From a virus (lineage: Duplodnaviria; Caudoviricetes), in IMG/VR virus record IMGVR_UViG_3300025154_000086, positions 1,895 to 65,894 of that record: a stretch of DNA of 64,000 nt. One strand, written 5' to 3'. Below the pieces are notes generated by a model that worked only from the letters and a program-made list of their open reading frames with translations, ran no database searches and was not told the DNA's origin. Both the position numbers and the translations under genes were made by a program. Of this stretch, positions 1 to 10,012 are shown one piece after another (position 1 is the first letter of the stretch; every line of letters begins with the position of its first letter).

Positions 1-183
1 TAAGTAAATTATTGTTGTAGGGTTAATTAGTTCTACGTTGACACATTTTTGCATATTATCAAAATCACTGCTCCCAATGTTGAAATATTTGTTTAGAAAA
101 TATTCCTTAGCCCCCTCAAGGTCTTCATTAATACAAGTTGTGATAGTTTCTCCGTTTGCGTATGTACATTTTACGGTAATCAT
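1..183 (-). CDS. hypothetical protein, runs off the window edge (MITVKCTYANG...)
   Basis: ATG at 183 overlaps the upstream stop (ATGA), GGAGG-like RBS precedes it, frame open to position 1. Confidence 0.6.
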   Translation of the reverse strand, partial: MITVKCTYANGETITTCINEDLEGAKEYFLNKYFNIGSSDFDNMQKCVNVELINPTTIIYL

Positions 184-701
184 TTTATAACTCCTTCCCT
201 TAAATCAATGTTATTTTCTCTGCAATAGCTCACCATCAAATTTATACTCAGTTCAATTAGCTTTTTCCGGTTGTCCATATCCCAAAGGTTATCCGGATCA
301 ATCTTTGTAAGAGGTCTCATAGCTTCTAACAAAGCATTCTTCGCTTGTCGCTCTAAATTTTCAGCTACTAACAAAGGACAAAAATCATCACGTTTAACTT
401 TTAACCCGGCTTTTTCTCTTTCTATTTTGCACTCGTTCCAAAAAGTGTTAAAATCTTCTTTACTCATCTGATAGGATTCTTTCGGATCGAGAATAACTCT
501 TTCCTCCGCTTCACGCCCAAGTTTCGTAAGCAATTCTACTTCTCTTCTGTTGGTAAACTGATGTTTCTCCAATATCGCTTTTTGATAACCGTCAACTATT
601 GGTTTAATTGTTTGAACGAAGGCTTTTGCCATAAGTAGGGCTTTTGTTGCAGTTATCATTTCCGGCGTTGGGTTAAATTTGGGTTTGTTTTCGCTTTTCA
701 T
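180..701 (-). CDS. hypothetical phage protein (likely start ATG 701, MKSENK)
   Basis: ORF 180..764; AAGGA RBS before ATG 701; the promoter lies in the 5' extension. Confidence 0.7.
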   Translation of the reverse strand: MKSENKPKFNPTPEMITATKALLMAKAFVQTIKPIVDGYQKAILEKHQFTNRREVELLTKLGREAEERVILDPKESYQMSKEDFNTFWNECKIEREKAGLKVKRDDFCPLLVAENLERQAKNALLEAMRPLTKIDPDNLWDMDNRKKLIELSINLMVSYCRENNIDLREGVIK

Positions 702-734
702 TTGAGGTTCCTTTTTTGTTTTTCTTTCACTTGC

Positions 735-764
735 AATATACAAACGTTTGTATATCAAAGTCAA
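735..764 (-). promoter_or_regulatory. sigma70-type promoter TTGACT-N18-TATATT overlapped by a perfect 20-bp palindrome (operator)
   Basis: ATATACAAACGTTTGTATAT at 736-755. Confidence 0.65.
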
Positions 765-814
765 GTCTTTTTCAAAAAAAGTTTAAATTATTTTCACTTT
801 TTTTGCAAACTGTT

Positions 815-848
815 TAAAAAGAAAAATCCCGCTCTTTGCAGCGGGATT
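815..848 (-). terminator. intrinsic terminator
   Basis: AATCCCGCT/AGCGGGATT stem followed by a U-rich tract on the minus strand. Confidence 0.75.
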
Positions 849-918
849 CCAGGAACTATTCAAAGGAGCTCGTTAAATACGGGTGTATTTATTTAAGCAG
901 TACAAACTTACTAATTCT

Positions 919-1968
919 TTAACTTTGGTTAAATGCCGAAATTGTGGTACTCAAATCTTTTTTCGCCGCTTCCCCCAACATCATCATTACCGGCTGTTCT
1001 ATCCGTTCTTTCGTCTCTTTTAAAATAAACATTCCGCTTAATCCCGGATGTATCCAACCCTCACTACCTTCTTTCATAATTCTAAAAGTAAAATATGCGC
1101 TTGAGTTCCTCATGTTCTCCGTTTCATTGTGCGGCTTAAAAATAAACTTACCGAAATTAAATCTGTTTACAGTCGGATTGGTTTGGAATCTCACCATGCC
1201 TTCATAGATGTTGCTCTTATGCGGCGGGGAAACTACCTTAAACTTTTCGCCTGTAGTTTTATCGGAGATAGTATATTCCTTTGGCTCCGATCTAAGCAAT
1301 GGTTGTTCGGTATTCTTAATTTTATCTCCCCATGCGTACATTGTTCGCTGTACACGTTCGGGATTATTTCTCCTCATCAATTCTGCATCGGCTTGGTCCC
1401 GCGCTCCCTTTATGCTTCCCTCGCTAAACATTTTAACAGCTACGGAATGCCTCATATTCTTTGCACCGGTTCTTGTCTCATCCAAAGAATATTTTACCTT
1501 TCCCATAATTACTTCACGCTGGTAAACCGGCGCTTTGTCGTAAACTTCTTTAGGCATCGCTCTCATACTTGTTGTCCCCGGTGTGCCGTGCTGAAAAGGA
1601 ATAACCAAATATTTTTTACCGTCTTTTCCTATCCTTACTTTTGGCGAAGTATCAAGAGCTTTCTTCATGTCAAAACTTTCATAACCTTCTTCCAGGGCTT
1701 TTGCATGTGGGCTGGTGTGAATGATCTTGTAATGAAGTCTATCACTCTGGTAAGGATATTTCGCTCCTGAAACAATTCCGTTTGCATATCCCCCTTGCGA
1801 ATGTTTGAACTTACTTGCCGCAACGTTTAACCACGTCTGTGTTGCCAAATCTCCCGCGGCTTCAACTGCTTGCGGCAATTCCGCTTCCTTGCCTAATTGC
1901 TGTTCAATGTGGTTTATCAGTTCATATATCTTGCTGTAATCGATGTCGTAAACAATTTGGTAACTCAT
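919..1968 (-). CDS. putative neck / head-tail connector protein
   Basis: 349 aa; ALEEG..FDMK, KYLVIPFQHGTPG and GWIHPG motifs typical of neck proteins of large myoviruses; downstream of head genes. Confidence 0.55.
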   Translation of the reverse strand: MSYQIVYDIDYSKIYELINHIEQQLGKEAELPQAVEAAGDLATQTWLNVAASKFKHSQGGYANGIVSGAKYPYQSDRLHYKIIHTSPHAKALEEGYESFDMKKALDTSPKVRIGKDGKKYLVIPFQHGTPGTTSMRAMPKEVYDKAPVYQREVIMGKVKYSLDETRTGAKNMRHSVAVKMFSEGSIKGARDQADAELMRRNNPERVQRTMYAWGDKIKNTEQPLLRSEPKEYTISDKTTGEKFKVVSPPHKSNIYEGMVRFQTNPTVNRFNFGKFIFKPHNETENMRNSSAYFTFRIMKEGSEGWIHPGLSGMFILKETKERIEQPVMMMLGEAAKKDLSTTISAFNQS

Positions 1969-2026
1969 GCTGTTTCTTTAAACTTAACTTATAAGTTAAC
2001 TCTTATATTAAGTTTCTCGTCCTGTA

Positions 2027-5000
2027 TTACTCGGATTTCTTTTTATTAAATTCTTTTCCAAATGCTTTTATTGCCGGTTTCTTCTCTGTCTTTTCTTCCA
2101 CAATATTCTTTGTCGGGTTCACAACCTGTTCAATGTCGTTTTCTTCACCGGAAAGGTTGCTAAACTTACTGCCGAATTGAAATTGATATTTCTGTTCTCC
2201 TCCCGGTGTTAGGTTCATATTCTCATCAATCAATCCGTGCATCTTCAGCATACCTAAAGCAAAAAAATCTTGTTCCGGATCAATCTCTCTGTCTATTCCT
2301 TGTTCCTTAAATCCAAGCATTAACTTTAACTTTTCGCTTGTTGGTAACTCTTGCGTATTTCCGCTTTCGGCTGGTTGGGGTTCTGTTTCGAGGGCTTTCA
2401 ATAATTTTCTCCTTTGATATTTTAAATATAAGGATTTCCCCATTTGCTTCAAACCAAATTTCTTAAATTCTTCGTGAAGTTCCGGGTGCAGTATTTTTTC
2501 TTGCCCGTCATTTTTTATATAAAATAATTTTGCCCCTTGCCCTAATGGTGCGCTGTTATCGTAAACACTAAAATTATCAAAGTTATCCTTCAGTTGAAAA
2601 AATGCCTTGTGTGTGGGATAATCACCAAACAATTTCTTATACAGATCAGCGCCTATGCTTCTGCCGCCGCTTTCCCCTCTTGCTTTGTCTCGCTCAATTC
2701 CCTTCTCAATCGGTAAATGAATAAATGCAGCGTTCGCTTGAAAAGTATCGCTGTTAACCATGTAAAGAAGATCGTTTAAATTCTCCGTTCCCTTCATCGT
2801 AACGTCATAAATTACATCTTTCTTTTCGCGTATAGCCTCACGGACCAAATGCTTTGCAATATTTGAACTTTCCTCATGCAATTCCCAAGGCTTTAAGTCA
2901 ACATCAATTTTAGATATTCCCCTCTCCTCAGCTAACATATATTTTATGCTGTCGGGATCTATCAAAACTTTATTTTTATAAAACTCTCCTCCAAGCGTTG
3001 TGCTCTTTCCGCTGCCCGGCAAACCGCCCGTAACCCACATTTGCCCCAAACCTTCTCCGGCTTTGTTAAACAGTTGTTTCTTAATCGTGTTAAACTCCGG
3101 CACCGCTTCCGCTTCTATCTTTAACCCTAAACTCATTTCCGTTTCTCTTAACGGATTTGGTTTCTTCGCGCACTCATCAAATGCTTTGGCGTACTCGCCG
3201 GTTGCAAACTGCAACTCCTTAAGCAAAGGATCGTTTTCACCCTTGCTTATCGTTACCCTTGTAAAGAAATTTTCTTTACCCTTTATATTATCCAGCCCGT
3301 TACTATCTATTTCATATCCCTTCTTTTTCAATTGAGCAATTACCGCCTTTGCCTTAGCAGTACTTTTTACCTCAACCGCGCCAATTAATGCCGAGTAAAT
3401 TTCCGGCTTATCATCCTTTGTAGCGTTTCTTTTTATTTCCTTAAACATTACATCTGATTTTTTAATTATCCTATCTCTTACGCTAAAATCTATTCCTTCG
3501 GCTTCTGCTGCATTTTCAATATCACCGAAAAACCAATCCTTTTGCCCGTTTGCCAACCTTTCGTAACTATCGGCTTTTTTCTGCCATTCGTTAAAATTCC
3601 GCATCTTCTCTAAGTTTCGTGCATGTTTGGCGTTCTCTTCCGCTTTTTCCATCTCTACCGGTTTGTTGGGTATTTTGCTTTTCTCTTTCGTCGATATTAA
3701 AATATTCCTATCGGCAAACTTAAAACTTATCCCATCTTCCGTTTGTACAACTGCCTGGTTCTTTGGTATAGATACAAGCGAATCAAACCCATTTGCCTCT
3801 TTTAAGAACAAAGAATAATTACCTTCACTGTTCTCATTCACAAGCTGTAACGCTCCCTCACCTAACAAATTCCCTTCGTTATCCTTTAGCAATACACTAT
3901 TGCCAATTTTATTCTGCAATAACTCAAATGCATTGGCCGGAGCTATTATCTTCCCTCCGCTTTGCTTTCCTTCTGCCGACTGCTGACTGCTGACTGCCGA
4001 TTGTCCACTGCCTACTGCCGATTGATCCTTGCTCGCCAATTTCCAATGCGCACCCTTGCCGGACTTATCCCGTGTTAGCCTTAACGTGCCTCCGCGTCCT
4101 TCTTTCGTCTGCCCTTCCTTTTGATATGGCTGCGCTCCAAACATTGATATCTGCTTACCAAAGGCTTTGAATAAATTTTTGAAGATGCTTTTATTTGAAT
4201 CGCTGATATCTTTTGGCAATAAATCTTTTATTTCTTCGTTAATCTCTTTTATTTTTTGCTGCAATTCATCTTCCCTTCTAAAACTTAATTGTTTCGTTTT
4301 ATGATATCCTCTCATATTTGTGCCAAACCCAATATTGGAAACCTTCTTGTGATTTTTAAGCTTCTCTGAATAAAGTCTGTCCTCAAGACCTTCCTTACGT
4401 TTTTTCAACTTTGATAGTTTTATCTCGTTTTCAGAATTGGCTTTCTGATAAGCTGAATATCTAATCTCCCCACCTCCTTTTACAGAAATAAACGGCTCTC
4501 CGTCTTGATATTTCCCGATTTTAAATTCTTGTTCAGGATATTGTTTCTTAAACCAATCAGCAAATGGTTGATATGTCCCTTCGACTAAAATATTTTTTGT
4601 CTTTTCGCCATAACTTTCTAAATCTTTTTTTAAAGATGCAGTGAAAGGTAATTCACTTATAAGTGAAGTTTCCTTTCCCAACTCCGGATAATCCCTCAAC
4701 ACTTCCGGCGGCACGGGTTTGCCTTCTTTTATTGCTTGCTGAACGTGTCCCTTGTGGTTCTGGTTTGATGTGAAATTTCTCCCATATATTTTTTCAATAT
4801 CGTCCTTCATCTTTACTATATTAGAAAAATCCATCCCTTTTGTATTTTTAACTTCATCCCATAATGGCTGAAATATTTTATTGTATTCTGTTTTAGTAAA
4901 TTCCCAAGGTTGTTTAGTAACCAAATCCGGCTCGCTCTGAACCGGATTCTTTACTGTTTCGATACTTGATCGATCAGCTATTTTTTTTTCATATTCTGCA

Positions 5001-5749
5001 TTTTGGTGAAGCGCAATTCTCTCTATTTCATCTACATGAAATTCAGCTATTGCCCTATCCGTTTCTTCTTTATCTTTTTTACGTCCTTCTTTATACGCCG
5101 CTCTTTGTTTGTTATAATAGTCCTTCAGTTTCTTTTCGTTCTGCGCTCGGTCGTCACCCAATTTCAACTCAGTTTTAAGAAACTCATTAGGAAACTTATG
5201 AAGCATAACATTTGTAAAGAAAATATCATACGTCTTACTTATTTGCACGGTATTTATAAGCTCTTGTGAGTAATCAACTTTTTTACTCAAATATTCCTTC
5301 GCCCAATGCGAATTTTTATAAGGTTCAATTACTGCATCCGGTATCTCTTTCCCCTCTCGAATGGCATTTTTAATAATAACTTTGTGCTGTTCGTTAGAAA
5401 TTGCAATATCCTCCAAATCATTCGGGTCTTTAAATTTTTTAACTTCAGCTATTGGTCCTCTGAACATCTTTTGTGCATATTCATCTTGTGTTTGTTCATA
5501 CGCTTCCTTAAATAAACCTTTGTTCTCTCTAACGTTTTGATTGTTCAGAGTTGTTTTCTTTTCACCTTGCACTTGCCCCTTTCCACTTGCTTCCTCATCC
5601 GCGTTCTTCCAACGCAACTTTCCGCCGTTTGTAATTTCAAGTCTTCGCTTATCCCCCGGCGCAAATTCCTTTTCCGCTCCGGCAAACATATCTATCTGGT
5701 TGGGGTTGTTACCAATTTTTATCGATTTTCCAAAAAGTGTGATTATCAT
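2027..5749 (-). CDS. polyvalent protein with zeta-toxin-like P-loop kinase domain
   Basis: 1240 aa; GGLPGSGKST, IDPDSIK, VIYDVT and YDNS zeta motifs; repeated EGK.VP..VL..YP units. Confidence 0.75.
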   Translation of the reverse strand: MIITLFGKSIKIGNNPNQIDMFAGAEKEFAPGDKRRLEITNGGKLRWKNADEEASGKGQVQGEKKTTLNNQNVRENKGLFKEAYEQTQDEYAQKMFRGPIAEVKKFKDPNDLEDIAISNEQHKVIIKNAIREGKEIPDAVIEPYKNSHWAKEYLSKKVDYSQELINTVQISKTYDIFFTNVMLHKFPNEFLKTELKLGDDRAQNEKKLKDYYNKQRAAYKEGRKKDKEETDRAIAEFHVDEIERIALHQNAEYEKKIADRSSIETVKNPVQSEPDLVTKQPWEFTKTEYNKIFQPLWDEVKNTKGMDFSNIVKMKDDIEKIYGRNFTSNQNHKGHVQQAIKEGKPVPPEVLRDYPELGKETSLISELPFTASLKKDLESYGEKTKNILVEGTYQPFADWFKKQYPEQEFKIGKYQDGEPFISVKGGGEIRYSAYQKANSENEIKLSKLKKRKEGLEDRLYSEKLKNHKKVSNIGFGTNMRGYHKTKQLSFRREDELQQKIKEINEEIKDLLPKDISDSNKSIFKNLFKAFGKQISMFGAQPYQKEGQTKEGRGGTLRLTRDKSGKGAHWKLASKDQSAVGSGQSAVSSQQSAEGKQSGGKIIAPANAFELLQNKIGNSVLLKDNEGNLLGEGALQLVNENSEGNYSLFLKEANGFDSLVSIPKNQAVVQTEDGISFKFADRNILISTKEKSKIPNKPVEMEKAEENAKHARNLEKMRNFNEWQKKADSYERLANGQKDWFFGDIENAAEAEGIDFSVRDRIIKKSDVMFKEIKRNATKDDKPEIYSALIGAVEVKSTAKAKAVIAQLKKKGYEIDSNGLDNIKGKENFFTRVTISKGENDPLLKELQFATGEYAKAFDECAKKPNPLRETEMSLGLKIEAEAVPEFNTIKKQLFNKAGEGLGQMWVTGGLPGSGKSTTLGGEFYKNKVLIDPDSIKYMLAEERGISKIDVDLKPWELHEESSNIAKHLVREAIREKKDVIYDVTMKGTENLNDLLYMVNSDTFQANAAFIHLPIEKGIERDKARGESGGRSIGADLYKKLFGDYPTHKAFFQLKDNFDNFSVYDNSAPLGQGAKLFYIKNDGQEKILHPELHEEFKKFGLKQMGKSLYLKYQRRKLLKALETEPQPAESGNTQELPTSEKLKLMLGFKEQGIDREIDPEQDFFALGMLKMHGLIDENMNLTPGGEQKYQFQFGSKFSNLSGEENDIEQVVNPTKNIVEEKTEKKPAIKAFGKEFNKKKSE

Positions 5750-6537
5750 GTATAAATCTCCTGTTGCGTTTCTACCGTGTCAAGATTATTCTCAACCGGA
5801 CTAACAAATCTCCTAAGCACGGTTAGCATCTTTTTCGGTAGTCTGTTTTCATCCGTTCCCCTATCGCTTCCCGCATCTTCCCATACTTTAAATTGTTGCT
5901 TCGCGATGAATTCTACCGTGTAACTTTCACCCGTTGCCGGTCCTTTGCCGGTTGCCCAAACAACCGCCATTAATTTACCCACAATATCCGCTTTATCTCT
6001 AACCTCTCCCGTTGGTACGCCGTTTTCATCGGTAAGCGGCAAACCGTCATCACCAAGTAACGTTTTATAGTCGTCTTCAATTATGGTATAATCGGCTGCG
6101 TCATATTTTGTGTTATTACGGTATATGCCAATTACTTCTGTAATATCAAAAGCGTAAATAAAATCACGAGTTCCGCGCTTCAGTATATCCGTATCGCGCC
6201 TGGTTTTATTATCGCAAACCAAAATATCGCCGTGTGTAATAACTGAGTAAGCTCTCTGTTCGGCTCCGCTTAAATTCAATCTTGGTATGGTAAACGTTGC
6301 GCCTCCGTCATAAATAACCCCGTTCGGCGTATTTAGATATTTGTATGATATCGCCGTTCTTATTGCAATTATCGTTTCCGGTGCGCCGTAATAATAACCC
6401 TGGTTGCAAGTATGGTTTAACAAAGGCACACCGTTATTTTCACCTATACAACTGCACAACGTACCCGGGTAATGCTTTACCGTTTGCCCGAATCGTCTCA
6501 AACTCCGTACAATATTTTCATCAATAATTTTTAACAA
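5746..6537 (-). CDS. putative head closure / neck protein
   Basis: 263 aa; CSC...C..GYYY N-terminus; follows the adaptor gene. Confidence 0.5.
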   Translation of the reverse strand: MLKIIDENIVRSLRRFGQTVKHYPGTLCSCIGENNGVPLLNHTCNQGYYYGAPETIIAIRTAISYKYLNTPNGVIYDGGATFTIPRLNLSGAEQRAYSVITHGDILVCDNKTRRDTDILKRGTRDFIYAFDITEVIGIYRNNTKYDAADYTIIEDDYKTLLGDDGLPLTDENGVPTGEVRDKADIVGKLMAVVWATGKGPATGESYTVEFIAKQQFKVWEDAGSDRGTDENRLPKKMLTVLRRFVSPVENNLDTVETQQEIYT

Positions 6538-6565
6538 TTCCTAATTCCTAATTCTCAATTCCTAA

Positions 6566-7642
6566 TTACCCGATCACTGCGTTAAAATTCTTCCCGTACT
6601 TCTGCCTCAAACTATTTAAGTAACTCGTTTCATCCTGTTTCAGTTCAGTAATTACCTTTGCTACACCGGAACTAATGCTGCTTGCAACTCCGTCTATGCT
6701 TTCACTTTCACTAATTACCCTTGCCGCCGGATCTACGTGATGGACCAAACTAAGAAACGCTCTCCGGCAAACTGCCTGCCTAATCCCCTCAACCTCAAAC
6801 GGGTCTGCGCCTGCATAAACTAACCCCGTTTTGTACGTTACCTCAAAAAAGTTTGGTATCCGTTCAAGCGCTCCGCCGGTTAATACGGATAAACCTAACG
6901 CGCTTAAACTGCCCAACAACAACGTGTAAAGTCCGGCTGTGCCTCCGGTCGGTAAAGGTAAAAATTCAATAATACCCGTCATACGGTCAAAAGTAAATAG
7001 ATCAACGCCAATACCCATTAACTCGGTATTACCGTATTTTATCTTTACACTTGTTAAATCATTTATCGGCGGGTTATAGACTTGAATCTGCCAAAGATTC
7101 ATGCTGAACTTTTCAAAATAATTATCGCGGTTTTCGGTTTTTGTCCGTTCGGTAAAATAAATTTCACATTGCTTTTCAAGCGCGTCTTGTGCGCTCTTTA
7201 AGTAACTTCTCAATCCCGCCCTATCCTCTGAAAAAGCCGTTATCGCCTGCTCATACGCCGGGTCTAACCTGCTCGATGATGCAAGAACGTAATCGATAAA
7301 AAATTGTACGGGTACAATCTCAGCCTCTGTTGTAATTATTCCGGCAACCGCTTCCAACTTTGCGTCTTCCGGGTAATATTTGTTCTGTACGCTCGCGTCT
7401 GTTGCATAAAAGAAGAGCCGGACATATTGTTCCGGCTCATCCGAGGCTACAGTTACGGCTGCTTCATAGAGAGATGAAGTTGCGTTGTAGGAAAGTGCTA
7501 AATCTTTAATATCTGCCGCTGAAGAGTTTTTAATCACCGAACCGTCTTCACCAATCATTGTTAGGTAAACACTTTTTCCGCTGCCTAATAATGTTTGATC
7601 AAGGGTTATAAGTTGTGAAATCCCTTTTTTTATTGTCTTCAT
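6566..7642 (-). CDS. putative head-tail adaptor / neck protein
   Basis: 358 aa; LEKQCEIYF, VTYKTG and SESIDGVAS motifs; downstream of MCP. Confidence 0.55.
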   Translation of the reverse strand: MKTIKKGISQLITLDQTLLGSGKSVYLTMIGEDGSVIKNSSAADIKDLALSYNATSSLYEAAVTVASDEPEQYVRLFFYATDASVQNKYYPEDAKLEAVAGIITTEAEIVPVQFFIDYVLASSSRLDPAYEQAITAFSEDRAGLRSYLKSAQDALEKQCEIYFTERTKTENRDNYFEKFSMNLWQIQVYNPPINDLTSVKIKYGNTELMGIGVDLFTFDRMTGIIEFLPLPTGGTAGLYTLLLGSLSALGLSVLTGGALERIPNFFEVTYKTGLVYAGADPFEVEGIRQAVCRRAFLSLVHHVDPAARVISESESIDGVASSISSGVAKVITELKQDETSYLNSLRQKYGKNFNAVIG

Positions 7643-7651
7643 TGCACATCT

Positions 7652-8011
7652 CTACTTCTCTTCTGCCGGTTCTTCCGTCTCAACGGTTTTCTGTTTAAAT
7701 TTTAATACTGCTGAAATTATTTGTATACCTCCGTAAGCAATTAATATGCTTTCCGGGATGTTGGGAAATTTACTGTTCTTTATGGTTAGGTAAATTACTA
7801 ATCCCCAAAAAGAAGCATTGGCAATAAGCGTTTCCAAAAGAAATCTAAAACGTGTACTGCTCCAAAAGCCATCCTTCTCAGAGAGCATCGTGTCTAACCG
7901 TTTAAGTAATTTTTCTCTGTATGGAGGAGTTAGAATAAAGAATAACAACGCTCCAAATGCCGTTAATAAAAAAACAGCGGCAAGATAAATCAATACCTCT
8001 ATTATTAACAT
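7652..8011 (-). CDS. membrane protein, holin-like
   Basis: 119 aa, three hydrophobic segments, WSSTRF motif, charged C-terminus. Confidence 0.5.
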   Translation of the reverse strand: MLIIEVLIYLAAVFLLTAFGALLFFILTPPYREKLLKRLDTMLSEKDGFWSSTRFRFLLETLIANASFWGLVIYLTIKNSKFPNIPESILIAYGGIQIISAVLKFKQKTVETEEPAEEK

Positions 8012-8015
8012 TTAC

Positions 8016-8429
8016 CTACCCTTTTTCGTCAATTTCTGAATGACGTAACCACATCAATACATCTGCTTTATTTTTCTTGTAAATAAAACCTTTGCCGTTT
8101 ACAATTTTGGTATCAAATTCTTTCAGTTCATCTTCGGTTTTATCTTCATCTTTCTCCCCTTCACCCTGCTCTTGCTCTTGATCTGTGCCTTTTCCTTCGC
8201 TCTCGTGATCTTCACTTTCTACTTTCTCAGCCGAAGGCTGATCCGCCTCGGGCGGAAACTTTCCACTTTCAACTGTAACAAAATCCGGGTGATCGATCAA
8301 TTCGCTCTCTTGCTCAAAAGTCAATTCCTCAATTATATTGCCATCTTCATCTAAGTGAAGTTTGCCCGCACTGTTAACGGATGTTGGTACATTTAACGTT
8401 AAATTTTTAAGGTATGTATGCTTAATCAT
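8016..8429 (-). CDS. hypothetical acidic protein downstream of MCP
   Basis: 137 aa ORF in the operon. Confidence 0.6.
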   Translation of the reverse strand: MIKHTYLKNLTLNVPTSVNSAGKLHLDEDGNIIEELTFEQESELIDHPDFVTVESGKFPPEADQPSAEKVESEDHESEGKGTDQEQEQGEGEKDEDKTEDELKEFDTKIVNGKGFIYKKNKADVLMWLRHSEIDEKG

Positions 8430-8449
8430 TTTTAGCCTCTGATGTGTTT

Positions 8450-8492
8450 TAATTTATCCCCCTCCGCCGCATAAAACGGAAGAGGGGAATAG
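8450..8492 (-). terminator. hairpin / partial terminator after MCP
   Basis: CCCCTC..CG / CG..GAGGGG stem. Confidence 0.45.
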
Positions 8493-8515
8493 AAATTTAT
8501 TTGTTTGTTAATCCG

Positions 8516-9949
8516 TTAGGACCAAGCAGTAGAACCCGCGTTCTTTATCATCACCATTTTGTTTGGCGCTGCTAGAATCGGAACTGCCCATAACTTCTGC
8601 ATCCAACGTTTGGAATCATCAATTCTTGCTAATTCCATTTTTGTCATTGGCAGTAATTGTCTGAAATCGAGCACTTGTTCAAAGTCCCAATCCCATAAGA
8701 AAATATTGGTTGCTCCCGGTATCCATTCACCGTTATCGATCTTTGCTTCGGCTGCTGTAAACGAAGTCAAATATCTGTAACTTGTAATTGCGGTAGCGGA
8801 TGAAAGTTTACGGTAAATATCAAAACTTGTTGCTTCTTGTCCCGAAGGTGAACCGTTATCGGTTAAGGTAAAAGTACAACGTTTGGAAGCTGCAACAACG
8901 TTTGTTTTAACTTCAAATGCTGCGCCTGAACCGTATCTATTAACCGGAACAAATGCGTAATCATAAGTTGCCGCGTCAAGCAAGGTAGCACTATCTGAAT
9001 CAACTGAAATAGTTGCAGTACTTGAGTTCAATGTTGCCGGTGCTTTGCTGTTTGTTGCGGCAAATACTGTCATTGTGCTGTTGGTCTTAGGATACTCTGC
9101 GCCTATGTAATTCTGACCTTTGTACTTCAATAAAATATCTGTTTCAATATTTCCTTTTCCGTTTCCAAGTTCAAATCTTTTTGCGCTCGCAATAAGATCA
9201 CGGGCTTCGGAGCTTCCTACCACAAATCTTCTACCGGCTAACAATTCATCGGTATAATACTGAAAATCTTTTGCGCTCATCCAGCATTTTACGTTATTTG
9301 GATTCCCCCAGTTATCGGCAATAATTTGTACCGATTCGTTTAAGGTTTCCGGTCTAACTCGTTTACCACGCAAATCAATAGTGTTTTGGGTTACACTTTT
9401 TGCTTTGGTCTTAAACTGTTTGTAATAACCATTCCATTCGTAAGGATTACGGGCAGCATCACCATAAATAAGTTTACTGTCGGCGGTTTTCATTATTGCA
9501 AGTGCTTTCGCTCTTGTAACAAGCGCTTCATTGTTGGTATTACTCTTTACCATTAATGCCTGTAATGGTACTTTACCAACTGTTCCGATGTATTTCACCT
9601 GCTCAAATTCTCTTCGGATATCTTCATCGTATTCATCCGGTAATCCGCCTTCAGAATAAAAATTAGCGTCTCCTACTTCATTCATGGTTACAAATTCCTC
9701 AACAGTGCTGGAAGCCTTTCCTTTTCGGATTGCTCTAAAAAATGCCGGGGATGATTCGTTTAGGGTAAGCCATTTTACAACCGGGGCAAGGCTCTCAAGT
9801 CTTGTGGCTCCAAATCCGGTTTGATCCGTTGTCCCCATCGCATAACCAACCTCAAGAGCTTTGGCTAAGTCCTGGAGTTCTTTTACTGTTGATGCGCCGC
9901 CGAAACTTGATCCGTTTCCGGCTAATTCGCCAAACATTAAATCGTCCAT
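8516..9949 (-). CDS. major capsid protein, A511/K (Herelleviridae)-like
   Basis: 477 aa; LAKA-LEVGY...DQTGFGATRLESL N-terminus resembles the A511/K Cps; STVEEF, EGGLP, IDLRG motifs; follows protease/scaffold. Confidence 0.88.
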   Translation of the reverse strand: MDDLMFGELAGNGSSFGGASTVKELQDLAKALEVGYAMGTTDQTGFGATRLESLAPVVKWLTLNESSPAFFRAIRKGKASSTVEEFVTMNEVGDANFYSEGGLPDEYDEDIRREFEQVKYIGTVGKVPLQALMVKSNTNNEALVTRAKALAIMKTADSKLIYGDAARNPYEWNGYYKQFKTKAKSVTQNTIDLRGKRVRPETLNESVQIIADNWGNPNNVKCWMSAKDFQYYTDELLAGRRFVVGSSEARDLIASAKRFELGNGKGNIETDILLKYKGQNYIGAEYPKTNSTMTVFAATNSKAPATLNSSTATISVDSDSATLLDAATYDYAFVPVNRYGSGAAFEVKTNVVAASKRCTFTLTDNGSPSGQEATSFDIYRKLSSATAITSYRYLTSFTAAEAKIDNGEWIPGATNIFLWDWDFEQVLDFRQLLPMTKMELARIDDSKRWMQKLWAVPILAAPNKMVMIKNAGSTAWS

Positions 9950-10012
9950 TTTATTTACTCCAATTTTATATTATTAAAAGTTACTTGTTAATTTTTCTTA
10001 TATATTAACTTT

